From an uncultured Alphaproteobacteria bacterium (GTDB lineage: Bacteria > Pseudomonadota > Alphaproteobacteria > UBA11222), in assembly GCA_947085465.1 (NCBI GenBank), contig CAMTWQ010000025.1:7691-71690 (forward strand): a stretch of 64,000 nucleotides of DNA, given 5' to 3'. Shown in pieces: positions 36,996 through 47,403 of this stretch. Position 1 is the first letter of the stretch. Every line of letters starts with the position of its first letter. The position numbers and the translations under genes are program-made. The notes under the pieces are model-generated. The model made no database searches, was not told where the DNA came from, and worked only from the letters and a program-made list of their open reading frames with translations.

Positions 36996-38036
36996 TCAGG
37001 ACAGCAATTTCCCGACCATCTTGGCGGTATAATCCACCATCGGGATGATGCGCGCATAATTCATCCGGGTCGGGCCGATGACGCCAATTACGCCCACCAC
37101 CTTTTCGCTTTCATTGCGATAGGGCGAAATGATCAGCGACGAGCCGGACAGGCTGAACAGCTTGTTTTCCGAGCCAATAAAAATCCGCACCCCTTCGCCG
37201 CCCCGCGCCAATTCCAGCAAGTGCGCCAGATCATTCTTGTTTTCCAGGTCTTCAAACAATGTCCGGATACGCTCCAGATCCGCCAGCGCATGCACGTCTT
37301 CAAGCAAATTCGCCTGGCCGCGCACAATCAGCACGCCGCTGCTTGGGCGGTTGGCGCCGGACCAGCTCGCCAGGCCCGCCTCCACCACTTTGCTGGTCAA
37401 GGCGTCCAGTTCCGTGCGTTTAGCCTCAAGCTCAGCGAGAATTCCGGCGCGCGCTTCTTCCAGGGTGCGCCCGAAAAGCCTGGCGTTGAGATAATTGGTA
37501 GCCTGATTGAGGGCGGAGGGCGTCATGCCCAGCGGCACGGTGATGATGCGGTTTTCGATCATGCCGTCATCGCTGACAATCACCACCAGCGCCTGGCCGG
37601 GGCCCAGATGCACGAACTCAATATGTTTAAGTGGCGCTTCGCTTTTCGGGGAAAGCACCAGGCCTGCGCAATGCGCCAAGCCGGACAGTTTGACGGTTGC
37701 CTCGTTCAGCACGTCCTCGAGATTGGCGGGGCCGCCGCCCATCATGTTTTCAATTTCGCGCCGTTCGGTGAGCGTCAGGTTGCCGATTTCCAGGAACGCA
37801 TCGACAAACATCCGCAACCCGGCCTGGGTTGGCGCCCGCCCGGCGCTGGTGTGCGGCGCATACAACAGGCCCAGTTGCTCCAGATCCTTCATCACATTGC
37901 GGATCGAGGCGGCGCTAAGATTAAGCGGCAACTGCCCGGCCACAGTTTTCGAGCCAACCGGCCCGCCCCCGGTCAAATAAGCCTCGACCAGGGTGCGGAA
38001 AATCTGCCGCGAGCGTTCGTTCAGTTCAGCGATCAT
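36996..38036 (-). CDS. hrcA: Heat-inducible transcription repressor HrcA
   Basis: 346 aa. MIAELNERSRQIFRTLVEAYLTGGGPVGSKT N-terminus. Upstream of grpE. Confidence 0.93.
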   Translation of the reverse strand: MIAELNERSRQIFRTLVEAYLTGGGPVGSKTVAGQLPLNLSAASIRNVMKDLEQLGLLYAPHTSAGRAPTQAGLRMFVDAFLEIGNLTLTERREIENMMGGGPANLEDVLNEATVKLSGLAHCAGLVLSPKSEAPLKHIEFVHLGPGQALVVIVSDDGMIENRIITVPLGMTPSALNQATNYLNARLFGRTLEEARAGILAELEAKRTELDALTSKVVEAGLASWSGANRPSSGVLIVRGQANLLEDVHALADLERIRTLFEDLENKNDLAHLLELARGGEGVRIFIGSENKLFSLSGSSLIISPYRNESEKVVGVIGVIGPTRMNYARIIPMVDYTAKMVGKLLS

Positions 38037-38113
38037 GTGGGGGTAGTATAGCGCATAACTGTATCTGTCACCCTATCCGCTGACGCGAGGCCAGGGCGCG
38101 AGAAAGAAATAGG

Positions 38114-38203
38114 AGAAAGAAATAGGGTCAGACTCGATTTAATTATTATAACCAAGGCGTATCCTTGCATAATCGTAAATCGAGTCTGACCCTATTTCTT
38201 TCT
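38114..38203. repeat. Perfect 28-bp inverted repeat with a 34-nt AT-rich loop
   Basis: agaaagaaatagggtcagactcgattta (38114-38141) is the exact reverse complement of 38176-38203. The 13-mer agaaagaaatagg is also tandemly duplicated at 38101-38113. Confidence 0.9.
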
Positions 38204-38963
38204 AGGGGGCCAGATAGCCGCCCTTTGGTGCCGTGCCGAGGGTTCCGCCTGCGGCCTTGACGGCGCGTTTGTAGGCGGCCTCTGACTTGTAGACGCCAAC
38301 CGGCTTGAATTCCGCCAATTTGGCCACCCTCACCTCGCCCGTATAGGGCATCACCTTGAACAGCCCCGCCCCGGTATCCGGGCGGCCAAGCAGCGGAATG
38401 ATCGCCTGGCGGCGTGAAAACACCCGGCGCATATTGGCCGAATGCTCTTTCATGACATCATATTCTTCCGGGTCGGTTTCGAACGACAGCAGCATCGCCG
38501 CCGTCATTTGCCGCAAAAATTCGCGCTCGACAATGCCGAGATTCGAGATCACCCAGCAGCGGTCCTCGAAATCCCAGTAAAACGAAAAGCCGATAAATTC
38601 CCCCTCACGGGTAATATAGGGAAAAAACGGAAATGTGCGGCAGGCGATGGTGCGGTTGTCGCGCTCGCAAAATGCCGCGCCCTTGCATTCGATGGCGCGG
38701 CAATGGCTGCTCAACTCATCGACAATCTTGCGCGAGGCCGCATCATTCGGCGTATAAGGCCCCCACAAATCCGTGCGGCTTCGCAGCAATTTATATTCCG
38801 CCTTGTCAACCACCGGAATGGCGTTATCGGTGGTGCAGCATACCGGCTGGCCGCCATTCAGCGGCGCGCATTTGCGCCCACAATCGAACTTCGACACCGG
38901 CGCATCGAACATGGCGTAGAGCTGTTTGAAATGTTCAGGAGTGATTCGCGCGGGTTTTACCAT
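38202..38963 (-). CDS. Cys-rich protein, YkgJ/CxxCxxCC-like putative zinc/iron-chelating domain
   Basis: 253 aa. [16 protein letters not shown] ... [24 protein letters not shown] resembles the UPF0153 pattern (C..C..CC ... C.....RP..CR.FP). Confidence 0.45.
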   Translation of the reverse strand: MVKPARITPEHFKQLYAMFDAPVSKFDCGRKCAPLNGGQPVCCTTDNAIPVVDKAEYKLLRSRTDLWGPYTPNDAASRKIVDELSSHCRAIECKGAAFCERDNRTIACRTFPFFPYITREGEFIGFSFYWDFEDRCWVISNLGIVEREFLRQMTAAMLLSFETDPEEYDVMKEHSANMRRVFSRRQAIIPLLGRPDTGAGLFKVMPYTGEVRVAKLAEFKPVGVYKSEAAYKRAVKAAGGTLGTAPKGGYLAP

Positions 38964-39042
38964 AACACCGGTTAATAAGGCTTGCGCGCGCCGCTGCCAA
39001 GCGCGATTGTCCGCTTTTACATCTCTAATTTTAGGAACTCAC

Positions 39043-39762
39043 ATGCGGCCTTCTGGACGAGCGCTTGATGAAATGCGCCAGGTGAGCTTTGAGCCAGGCT
39101 ACGCGCGCCAGGCGGAAGGCTCGTGCCTGATCCGCTTTGGCAATACCCATGTGCTGTGCGCCGCCACCCTGGAGCAAACCGTGCCGCCTTTTTTACGCGG
39201 CGGCGGCGCCGGCTGGGTGACGGCGGAATATGGCATGTTGCCGCGTTCAACCAATGAACGGATGCGGCGCGAGGCAGCGGCCGGCAAACAGGGCGGCCGC
39301 ACGCTGGAGATTCAGCGCCTGATCGGTCGCGCATTGCGCGGGGTGGTGCAATTCGAAGGCATGGGCGAGCGCCAAATCATCATCGACTGCGATGTGATCC
39401 AGGCCGATGGCGGCACCCGCACCGCTTCAATCACCGGCGGCTATGTGGCGCTGTATCAATGTTTTTTGCGGATGCAGAAATCCGGCATGATCAAAACCAT
39501 TCCGTTTATCGATTCGGTGGCGGCTGTGTCGTGCGGCATGTATCAGGGCAAGCCGGTGCTTGATCTGGATTATCCCGAAGACAGCAGCGCCGAGGTGGAC
39601 GCGAATTTCGTCATCACCGGCAAGGGCGGCCTGATTGAAATTCAGGGTACCGCCGAGCGCACGCCGTTTTCCGAGGAGAATTATGTGGCGCTCATGCGGC
39701 TGGCGAAAAAGGGCATCGCGGAATTGACCTTGATGCAACAGGCCGCCATCGCAGGGCTTTGA
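39043..39762 (+). CDS. rph: Ribonuclease PH
   Basis: [20 protein letters not shown]...[14 protein letters not shown]...[12 protein letters not shown]. Confidence 0.95.
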   Translation: MRPSGRALDEMRQVSFEPGYARQAEGSCLIRFGNTHVLCAATLEQTVPPFLRGGGAGWVTAEYGMLPRSTNERMRREAAAGKQGGRTLEIQRLIGRALRGVVQFEGMGERQIIIDCDVIQADGGTRTASITGGYVALYQCFLRMQKSGMIKTIPFIDSVAAVSCGMYQGKPVLDLDYPEDSSAEVDANFVITGKGGLIEIQGTAERTPFSEENYVALMRLAKKGIAELTLMQQAAIAGL

Positions 39763-39765
39763 GCA

Positions 39766-40365
39766 GTGGGTTCGCTGCGTGGCGTAACAAAGCTGGTAGC
39801 CGCAAGTCACAATGCGGGCAAGGTGCGCGAAATCGAAGATTTGCTGCGCCCGCATCGCATTACAGTGATAAGTGCGGCGGAACTTGGCCTGGATGAGCCA
39901 GAGGAAACCGCGGCGACTTTTACCGGTAATGCTGAATTAAAAGCGCGCGCCGCCGCCGCCGTCAGCGGCATGCCCGCGCTGGCCGATGATTCAGGGCTGT
40001 GCGTGGCAGGGCTTGACGGACAGCCTGGCGTATATTCGGCGCGCTGGGCCGGGCCGGAGAAAGATTTCCGCAAGGCGATGGCGGTGCTAGAGGACAGAAT
40101 ACAGAATACAGAGGACAGACGCGCGCATTTTGTCTGCGCACTCTCATTGTGCTGGCCCGATGGGCAATGCGAAACCTTCCTGGGCGAAGCGCATGGGCTT
40201 TTGGTGTTTCCACCGCGTGGAAGCAAAGGCTTTGGCTATGACCCGATTTTTTTGCCGGATGGGCATGATATGACATTTGGTGAAATGGACCCGGTTGCTA
40301 AACACGCCATCAGCCACCGGGCGGTGGCGTTTAAGAAGCTGATCGATGCCTGTTTTGCAGACTGA
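39766..40365 (+). CDS. rdgB: dITP/XTP pyrophosphatase (RdgB/HAM1)
   Basis: [14 protein letters not shown]...[10 protein letters not shown]...GFGYDPIF...ISHRA. Confidence 0.92.
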   Translation: MGSLRGVTKLVAASHNAGKVREIEDLLRPHRITVISAAELGLDEPEETAATFTGNAELKARAAAAVSGMPALADDSGLCVAGLDGQPGVYSARWAGPEKDFRKAMAVLEDRIQNTEDRRAHFVCALSLCWPDGQCETFLGEAHGLLVFPPRGSKGFGYDPIFLPDGHDMTFGEMDPVAKHAISHRAVAFKKLIDACFAD

Positions 40366-41512
40366 ACCAACCGAACCCGGATTTGCGCTGTATGTGCATT
40401 GGCCATTCTGCCTGTCAAAATGCCCGTATTGCGATTTCAACAGCCATGTGCGCGCGGGTGTGGATCAAGATCGCTGGCGCGGGGCGCTGCTTAGGGAGCT
40501 GGATCAGACGGCAGACGCCGTCGGGCCGCGCGCGGTGCGCAGTATTTTTTTTGGCGGCGGCACCCCATCGCTGATGCCGCCAGCGACCGTCGAGGCGCTG
40601 ATCAATCGGGCCGCCTCGCGCTGGAGTTTGGACATAGACGCCGAGATCACCCTTGAAGCCAATCCCACCAGCGTTGAGGCGTTGCGTCTGCGGGATTTTC
40701 ACGCCGCTGGCGTAAACCGGGTGTCGCTGGGCGTGCAGGCGTTGAATGACCGCGATCTGAAATTTCTTGGCCGCGGCCATACTGCGAATGAGGCCATTGC
40801 GGCGGTTGAACTGGCGCGCAAAATCTTCCCCAGAATATCATTCGATTTGATTTATGCACGGCCGGATCAGGCGGCTGACGCATGGGCGGCGGAATTGCGC
40901 CAGGCCATCGCCATGGCGGCGGATCATCTGTCGCTATATCAGCTCACCATCGAACCCGGCACCGGGTTTGCGGGCGCGGTGCAGCGCGGCGCGTTCACGC
41001 CAATGGATGGGGACGCCAGCGCTGATCTTTATGAATTAACGCAAGCGCTATGCGAGGCGGCGGGCCTGCCGGCCTATGAAATTTCCAATCACGCGGCGAA
41101 GGGCGCGCAGTCGCGGCACAATCTGGTGTATTGGCGCTATGGCGAATATGCGGGCATTGGCCCCGGCGCGCATGGGCGCTTGCACCGGGCCGGGCAAATA
41201 TCCGCCACCGCCAATCTGCGCAAACCCGAGGCCTGGCTGGCGGCGGTTGACGCGCGTGGCCTTGGCCGCGAAATCACCGAGGCGCTTTTGCCTAGGGATC
41301 AAGCCGTGGAAATGACGATGATGGGATTGCGGCTGCACGAGGGAATCTCGCTGGCGCGTTTTGCGGCGCTGCATGGGGCGCCGCTATCCGGCGAAAATGT
41401 TGATGCGCTGTGTGCAGAGGGTTTTTTGCAGCGTGACGGCGATAGGATAAGCGCCAGTTTGACTGGCCGCCTGTTGCTCAACACAGTGCTGGCCAGGCTG
41501 CTTAATTCGTGA
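40346..41512 (+). CDS. hemW: Radical SAM heme chaperone HemW (coproporphyrinogen III oxidase-like)
   Basis: [19 protein letters not shown] radical-SAM CxxxCxxC motif. 388 aa. Follows rdgB. Confidence 0.88.
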   Translation: MPVLQTEPTEPGFALYVHWPFCLSKCPYCDFNSHVRAGVDQDRWRGALLRELDQTADAVGPRAVRSIFFGGGTPSLMPPATVEALINRAASRWSLDIDAEITLEANPTSVEALRLRDFHAAGVNRVSLGVQALNDRDLKFLGRGHTANEAIAAVELARKIFPRISFDLIYARPDQAADAWAAELRQAIAMAADHLSLYQLTIEPGTGFAGAVQRGAFTPMDGDASADLYELTQALCEAAGLPAYEISNHAAKGAQSRHNLVYWRYGEYAGIGPGAHGRLHRAGQISATANLRKPEAWLAAVDARGLGREITEALLPRDQAVEMTMMGLRLHEGISLARFAALHGAPLSGENVDALCAEGFLQRDGDRISASLTGRLLLNTVLARLLNS

Positions 41513-42896
41513 TCTCGGTGAATTGGCCGGGCGCCGGATCAATCATTTTTGCCCCGCCCGGGGTGATTTCCAGCACCGCCAGGCCGCGTTCGGAATATCC
41601 GTCCGGGCGCAGGCGGAAGATGCCCTGAATGCCGGTAAATCCATTCGGATTGGTAATCGCTGCTTGCGAGAAGCGGGCGTCATCGCCGCCGGCCTGCTGC
41701 GCCGCCAGGACGGCAGCGAGCGCCACGCCTTCATAGGCAAGCCCCGCCAGCGGCTCTGGCGCGTGGCCATACAGCGCCGTCATGCGCGCAATGAATTCAG
41801 GCGCCGCATCAGGCGGCGGCGCGGGAAACCATGCGCCCGTCAGCACTGATTCTTTGAGTATGTCCGGCGCAACCCAAAGGCCGGTGCCAAGAAATCGCAC
41901 CTTACTGGGATCAATGTCATAAAAAGCCAGCAGCGGCGCAAGGGCGCGCAAATTGGCGCCGCCCTCGGCAATCAATAGCGCATCGAAATCCACCTCGCCA
42001 AACGTATCGCGGGTTTTCAGATCTGCTAGCGCGGCTGGCGCAAATGCGTCATCGCTCGCTTCTAGCCGTGTGATTTCCTCGCGTAACTTTTGCCGCCGCG
42101 CATCATAATTGGCTAGCTGCTTGACCGGCTCATGCATGCCGGCGGCATTTGGCGGGAAATAAACCAATTTCAAACTTGCCGCCGGGTTTTCCGCAAGCAT
42201 GGCGGTTCGATACGCCTCGGCCACCGCTTCGCCATAGGGGGTGCGCGGGACAAGGGCGGCTATGCGGGTTAATCCGCGGCCCTGTGCGTAAGTAATGACG
42301 CGGAAAATTTCCTGTTTGAGCGGGAAGCTCAATAAAAAAACCCCATTCCCAGCAACTTTTGGGTCGCTGGAAAAAGCGATCATATTGCGTCCAGCGGCGC
42401 GTGCAATGGGTGCGGCCCCCGTGACCTCTTCAGCGAATACCGGGCCTAAAAGCAATTGCGCGCCGTCCGCCAGCGCCTCACTCACCGCCGCCGCCGCTCC
42501 TTGCGCTGTGCCTTTGGTGTCGCGTGGCAGCAATAAAAGGCGCGGATCATTGAAATCAAATAGCGCCAGTTGCGCCGCATCGAGAAAAATCTGACCTATG
42601 CCGGCGCGCGGCCCGCTGAACGGCAACAACAATCCGATGCGAATCTCACTACCGCTTGGCGGCGCGGGGATAACGGGCTCAGGCTGATATGCCGGTGATG
42701 ACTGTGTTGCGGGCCTGACAAGCTGTATGACGCCTCCCCCGCCCGGTTCGGATTCGGGCGCGGCTTCTTTTGACGGAGCGCCCATGCAAGCCGCTAGCGC
42801 CAGCAACAAAAGCAGCACCGCCGGGGAGAAAATCCTGATAGGTTGAAACACTGGACAAACCCGCAAAGCAAAATATCGTGCCGCAAGACAACTCAA
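41502..42896 (-). CDS. Periplasmic type-1 ligand-binding-fold lipoprotein (LpoA-like penicillin-binding protein activator)
   Basis: Lipobox LLLLALAAC. Leu/Ile/Val-binding-protein-like body. Divergent from rsmI-yraN as lpoA is in E. coli. The start is uncertain because the ORF overlaps the rsmI ORF 5' end. Confidence 0.5.
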   Translation of the reverse strand: MSCLAARYFALRVCPVFQPIRIFSPAVLLLLLALAACMGAPSKEAAPESEPGGGGVIQLVRPATQSSPAYQPEPVIPAPPSGSEIRIGLLLPFSGPRAGIGQIFLDAAQLALFDFNDPRLLLLPRDTKGTAQGAAAAVSEALADGAQLLLGPVFAEEVTGAAPIARAAGRNMIAFSSDPKVAGNGVFLLSFPLKQEIFRVITYAQGRGLTRIAALVPRTPYGEAVAEAYRTAMLAENPAASLKLVYFPPNAAGMHEPVKQLANYDARRQKLREEITRLEASDDAFAPAALADLKTRDTFGEVDFDALLIAEGGANLRALAPLLAFYDIDPSKVRFLGTGLWVAPDILKESVLTGAWFPAPPPDAAPEFIARMTALYGHAPEPLAGLAYEGVALAAVLAAQQAGGDDARFSQAAITNPNGFTGIQGIFRLRPDGYSERGLAVLEITPGGAKMIDPAPGQFTEITN

Positions 42897-43831
42897 AAAC
42901 CACAGCCGGTAAAGCTAACGCCACTATGAACCCTGAGCCGCCGGGGCAGGCTGCGCAACCTAATCGGGCAACCGACACAAGTAAACTGCCGCCTAAACTA
43001 CAGCCGGGACTCTATGTCGTGGCGACCCCCATCGGCAATCTGGGGGATATTACCTTGCGTGCCCTGGAAGTCCTGAAGGGCTGCGATCAGATCGCCTGCG
43101 AAGACAAAAACGCCAGCGCCAAACTATTGTCACGGTATGGCGTTCGCGTTCCGCTGATAGCGTATCATGAGCACACTACGCAAAAGGCGCGGACAGAGAT
43201 AGTGGCGCGGCTGGCGGCGGGCGCGCGCATAGCGCTGATCAGCGATGCGGGAACCCCGCTGATCTCTGATCCTGGATACCGGCTAGTGCGCGAAGCCATC
43301 GCTGCTGGGCTTAGCGTCACCGGGCTTCCTGGTCCATCCGCCCCACTGCTGGCGCTGACCCTGTCCGGCCTGCCGTGCGACAGGTTTCTATTCGCAGGCT
43401 TTTTGCCGCCACGCGCCGCCGCCCGGCGCGCCGCTCTTGGCCAGTTGGCGCCGCTTGAGGCCAGCCTGATATTTCTGGAGTCGCCCCGCCGGCTGCCCCA
43501 GGCACTGGCCGACATGGCGCAGATGCTGGGTAACCGCCACGCCGCGGTGGCGCGCGAATTGACCAAATTGTTCGAGGAGGTGCGGCGCGCCCCATTGTTC
43601 GAGTTGCGCGATCATTACGCCCAGGCCGGCCCGCCAAAGGGCGAGGTGGTGGTGGTGGTGGCGCCGCCTGCGGCTGAAAATGCGCAAGAGCCGGCGCAGC
43701 TCGAGCTAAGGCTGGCTGCGGCCCTCGGTAACATGCGTGTGAAGGAAGCGGTGGCCGAGGTGGCGGCGCAAACCGGCCTGCCGCGCAAGTTGGTTTACGC
43801 CGCCGCGCTAAAGCTTACCCGCACACAATGA
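42878..43831 (+). CDS. rsmI: 16S rRNA (cytidine1402-2'-O)-methyltransferase
   Basis: LYVVATPIGNLGDITLRALEVL...ISDAGTPLISDPG. The true start may be the MNPEP Met at 42926. Confidence 0.88.
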   Translation: MPQDNSKTTAGKANATMNPEPPGQAAQPNRATDTSKLPPKLQPGLYVVATPIGNLGDITLRALEVLKGCDQIACEDKNASAKLLSRYGVRVPLIAYHEHTTQKARTEIVARLAAGARIALISDAGTPLISDPGYRLVREAIAAGLSVTGLPGPSAPLLALTLSGLPCDRFLFAGFLPPRAAARRAALGQLAPLEASLIFLESPRRLPQALADMAQMLGNRHAAVARELTKLFEEVRRAPLFELRDHYAQAGPPKGEVVVVVAPPAAENAQEPAQLELRLAAALGNMRVKEAVAEVAAQTGLPRKLVYAAALKLTRTQ

Positions 43832-44199
43832 AGCCGCCCGCCGATCCAGGCCGTATACGAGCCTATACACGGGGGCTAAGTGCTGAATTTCTCTGCGTGT
43901 TGCTATTACGCCTCAAAGGCTACCGGATTGTGGCGCGCCGCTTCCGTTGCCCGCTTGGCGAAATTGATATTGTGGCGCGGCGCATGCGGCAGATCGCGGT
44001 GATTGAAGTAAAAGCGCGCCCAAGTGAGCGCGAGGCGCTGGAGGCGGTAAGCCCGCGCCAGCGGCAGCGCATCATCCGCGCAACGGCGGTGTTTTTGGGG
44101 CGCCATCCAGCCCTTAGTGGACATGATTGCCGGTTTGATCTGTTCTGGGTTGGTCCTGGCCTGCGGCACAAACATATCATGGATGCCTGGCGCAGCTAA
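43828..44199 (+). CDS. yraN: YraN-family (UPF0102) endonuclease-like protein
   Basis: 123 aa. GEIDIVARR...IAVIEVKAR core. Follows rsmI. Confidence 0.8.
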   Translation: MKPPADPGRIRAYTRGLSAEFLCVLLLRLKGYRIVARRFRCPLGEIDIVARRMRQIAVIEVKARPSEREALEAVSPRQRQRIIRATAVFLGRHPALSGHDCRFDLFWVGPGLRHKHIMDAWRS

Positions 44200-44250
44200 G
44201 CTTATATAGGTGAGTGATTCGTGAGTGATTTGGAAGTTTCGGGAGCTTGC

Positions 44251-44955
44251 ATGCGTAAATTATTTTCCATGGACATCCTGCTTGCCGTTGGCGTGTGCGC
44301 CGGCGCAGCGTATCTGAGCGGCTGCGTGCCGGTGGTGGTGGGCGCTGCGACGACAACGGGCGTTGCGGTTGTGCAAGAGCGGTCCGTTGGTTCAGCCCTC
44401 GACGACACGGCGATAGATGCGAACATTAACGCTTTGATGCTGGATGAAAGCGGGCGTCTGTTCCGAAAAGTTGGTGTTGAGGTGCTAGAAGGACGGGTGC
44501 TGCTTACCGGCTCTGTGCAAAATCCTGATGACCGGATCAAGGCGACCATGGTTGCGTGGCGGGCGCCTGGCGTGAAGGAAGTGATTAACGAACTCCAGGT
44601 CAGCGACAAGAAAGGCATCTTGAATTACACCAAGGACGCCTGGATCACCACCCAGTTGCGCACCAAGATTTTGACGGACTCTAAAATACTGGACATCAAT
44701 TATTCTGTTGAGACGGTGAACGGCGTGATTTACCTGCTCGGCATCGCCCAGAGTCAGGCCGAGTTGGATAAGGTGACGGGATATGCAAGGAATATTTCAG
44801 GTGTCGAACGGGTGGTAAGCTATGTGCGGACGCCTGGCGCATCAGCCACCCAAGCGCCTATATCCCAGCCGCCCGCCCAGCCATATGGCGGCGCCACGCC
44901 CGCTCAGAGTAATGATCCAAACAGCGACCTGGTCACGCAAGAGCCGGTTAAATAA
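44251..44955 (+). CDS. BON-domain lipoprotein (DolP/OsmY-like)
   Basis: Lipobox AAYLSGC. Two BON-like segments (VEVLEGRVLLTGSV; VETVNGVIYLLGIA). Position after yraN, as for E. coli dolP. Confidence 0.75.
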   Translation: MRKLFSMDILLAVGVCAGAAYLSGCVPVVVGAATTTGVAVVQERSVGSALDDTAIDANINALMLDESGRLFRKVGVEVLEGRVLLTGSVQNPDDRIKATMVAWRAPGVKEVINELQVSDKKGILNYTKDAWITTQLRTKILTDSKILDINYSVETVNGVIYLLGIAQSQAELDKVTGYARNISGVERVVSYVRTPGASATQAPISQPPAQPYGGATPAQSNDPNSDLVTQEPVK

Positions 44956-44994
44956 GGGCTAATACCAACGGCCTGATGAACTTGCTCATTGTCA

Positions 44995-45166
44995 TCTAGA
45001 GCATTTTCAGCCTTTACGGAGTCACTTGACTCCGCAAAGGCGCCCGAAAATGCGGTTGAAATAAAGCCAGAGCGTTTTGAAATGCGCTGAAAATGCCCTG
45101 GTTTTCATATCTGGCCGCGTTTTTGATCGGAAAACCCGGTCCGGGTTTTCCTAAAAACGCTCTAGC
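44995..45166. repeat. About 172-nt nested-palindrome intergenic element bounded by tctagagc...gctctag
   Basis: Internal hairpins are cctttacggagtca/cttgactccgcaaagg, gcattttcagc...gctgaaaatgc and gaaaacccgg/tccgggttttc. The ends are inverted (ctagagc / gctctag). Confidence 0.8.
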
Positions 45167-45327
45167 GCGGCGAGAGGCTGGTGGATTCCGGATCGTAAGG
45201 CTCGCGGCGGTGGAAGTGTGTCCGAGCAAGAATTGGCCCAATGGATCGCCACCAATATGCAAAAAATCTGATTTATTGCGCCGCTCAGGTGTATGCTGGC
45301 GCCGACTCGCAATTAGATTAAAGCCTC

Positions 45328-46587
45328 GTGCCCCCAGATAGTCCCATAAGCAAAGCCGCCGAAGCCACAGCGGCCCCGCAGGCGTTCCATGTGCCGCCCT
45401 GGGCGCCGTGGCTGCTGTTTGGCGGCTTGCTGTCGGTTGGCATTGGCCGTTCCATCACATTGGCGGTGCTGGCCCCTATCGGGCGCGAGTTGGGGCTGAT
45501 GGAGGTTCAGGTTGGGCTGATTTCCGCGCTTACCGCCACCATGTTCTTCTTTGGCGGGCCGTTCTGGGGCCGCCGCAGTGAGGTCATGGGGCGCCGCCCG
45601 GTGATGATCATTGGGCTGACCGGCTATGCGATCACCACCATACTGTTTGCGCAGGTGGTTGAGGCGGGCCTGGCCGGGCTGCTGCCGATTATCGTTGTCT
45701 ATCCGTTGATGATCCTCACCCGGATGTCGTTTGCTGCGGTCGCCAGCGGGATGTTTCCGGCCTCGCAAGCCTTTGTCGCCACCACCACCACGCCCGAGGA
45801 GCGGACCTCGGGCATTGCGCTGCTGAACTCGTCATTCGGCCTGGGATCGATCCTTGGTCCGGCGCTGGGCAGCGCCCTGGTGGTTATCAGCCTGATTGCG
45901 CCGCTTTATGTGGCGGCGGCGGTGGCGGTGATCAGCGCGGTGCTGATCTGGCTGTTTTTGCCGGAGCCGCCCAAGCGCCCCGCGCCGCCGGACGGCGTGA
46001 AGTTACGCTATACTGACAAGCGTATCCGGCCCTATCTGATCATCAGCTTTTTCACCTCCTATATCATGGCCACCGTGCATCAGGTCGGGGCCTTTTATTT
46101 TCAGGACATGCTGCATCTGAATGCAGTGCAGACCGCGAACCGGATCGGCATTGCACTTACCCTGATGGCGATCGTCACCATGGGGGCGCAGTTTTTGATC
46201 ATCCGCCCGTTCCGGCTGACGCCGAAGGTGTTGTTGCGCTATGGAACGCCATTGGTGTTGACGGGGGTATGTGTGCTGGTGTTTTCCAGCAGCCTGCCGC
46301 CGCTGCTGACCGGCATGGTGCTGGTGGGGCTTGGATTGGGTTTCTGCCAGCCAGGGAATTCCGCCGCCAGCAGCCTTATGGTCGCAACCTATGAGCAGGG
46401 CAGCCTGGCGGGCATCTCCATGGCGGCGGGATCGCTTGGGTTTGGCCTGGGGCCTTTGCTTGGCACGGCGATGTACCAGATCAAGCCGGAGCTTCCCTTT
46501 GTGGTCGCGCTGGTAATGTACACATTCATTACTGCCTATGTGTTTTGGCTGAAAATCCCGGATCCACGCGACTATACGCGCGGATAG
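45328..46587 (+). CDS. MFS transporter
   Basis: 419 aa, multi-pass hydrophobic, with the loop motif [13 protein letters not shown]. Confidence 0.8.
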   Translation: MPPDSPISKAAEATAAPQAFHVPPWAPWLLFGGLLSVGIGRSITLAVLAPIGRELGLMEVQVGLISALTATMFFFGGPFWGRRSEVMGRRPVMIIGLTGYAITTILFAQVVEAGLAGLLPIIVVYPLMILTRMSFAAVASGMFPASQAFVATTTTPEERTSGIALLNSSFGLGSILGPALGSALVVISLIAPLYVAAAVAVISAVLIWLFLPEPPKRPAPPDGVKLRYTDKRIRPYLIISFFTSYIMATVHQVGAFYFQDMLHLNAVQTANRIGIALTLMAIVTMGAQFLIIRPFRLTPKVLLRYGTPLVLTGVCVLVFSSSLPPLLTGMVLVGLGLGFCQPGNSAASSLMVATYEQGSLAGISMAAGSLGFGLGPLLGTAMYQIKPELPFVVALVMYTFITAYVFWLKIPDPRDYTRG

Positions 46588-46694
46588 GGCCGATAAGATT
46601 TGACAGTTTCGGCCTGGTGCGATACACCCGCCCATCCTCAAGGCGGCCCTATTTGGGTGCTGCCCGGGCATGTCATTATATCTGGGACCAGTTA

Positions 46695-47312
46695 ATGTCT
46701 AAACGGCAACCTTCGAAGTACAAGATCGACCGTCGGTTAGGTGAAAACCTGTGGGGCCGGCCCAAAAGCCCACTTAACAAGCGCGAATACGGCCCCGGCC
46801 AGCATGGGCAGCGCCGCAAAACCAAACTTTCGGATTTTGGCGTTCAGTTGCGCGCCAAGCAAAAACTCAAGGGCTATTACGGCAATATCAGCGAAAAGCA
46901 ATTTCGCGGTATTTACGATGAGGCCGTCCGCCGGCGTGGCGATTCGGGCGAAAATCTGGTTGGCCTGCTGGAGCGCCGGGTGGATGCGATTATCTATCGC
47001 GCCAAATTCGTGCCAACCGTATTCGCAGCGCGCCAGTTCGTCAGCCACGGCCACGTCATGGTCAACGGGTCGCGGGTGACAATTCCCAGCTACCGGGTGC
47101 GCGAAGGCGATGTGATCGAGGTGCGCGAGCGTTCACGCCAGCTTGGCATGGTGCTCGAAGCCATCGAATCGGGCGAGCGAAATGTGCCGGATTATCTCGA
47201 TGTGGATCATCGCGCCTTGAAGGCGGTGTTTACGCGCACCCCCGCGCTGTCGGATATTCCTTATCCGGTGATGATGGAGCCAAACCTGGTGGTCGAGTTT
47301 TATTCCCGCTGA
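46695..47312 (+). CDS. rpsD: 30S ribosomal protein S4
   Basis: [26 protein letters not shown]...[14 protein letters not shown]...HGHVMVNG. Confidence 0.95.
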   Translation: MSKRQPSKYKIDRRLGENLWGRPKSPLNKREYGPGQHGQRRKTKLSDFGVQLRAKQKLKGYYGNISEKQFRGIYDEAVRRRGDSGENLVGLLERRVDAIIYRAKFVPTVFAARQFVSHGHVMVNGSRVTIPSYRVREGDVIEVRERSRQLGMVLEAIESGERNVPDYLDVDHRALKAVFTRTPALSDIPYPVMMEPNLVVEFYSR

Positions 47313-47352
47313 ACCTATCGCATAAAAACAAAAACCAGTTGCGTAATGACTT

Positions 47353-47386
47353 GGCGGCCCGGATCATGGGCCGCCTTTATCTTTTT
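47353..47386 (+). terminator. Rho-independent terminator after rpsD
   Basis: ggcggccc-ggatcat-gggccgcc stem followed by tttatcttttt. Confidence 0.75.
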
Positions 47387-47403
47387 GGCTTATGGAATGA
47401 CGC

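Noticed and set aside
38037-38201. Search for a CIRCE operator (TTAGCACTC-N9-GAGTGCTAA) upstream of hrcA.
   Set aside because: No match to the CIRCE consensus is visible in this spacer. The only palindrome is the unrelated 28-bp inverted repeat, which is reported separately.
41502-41512. Convergent 11-nt overlap of the hemW and LpoA-like gene 3' ends, and the divergent 19-nt overlap of the LpoA-like and rsmI ORF 5' ends (42878-42896).
   Set aside because: Short 3' overlaps are common. The 5' overlap most likely reflects over-extended start-codon choices in the ORF track (alternative starts exist, for example 42926 for rsmI).
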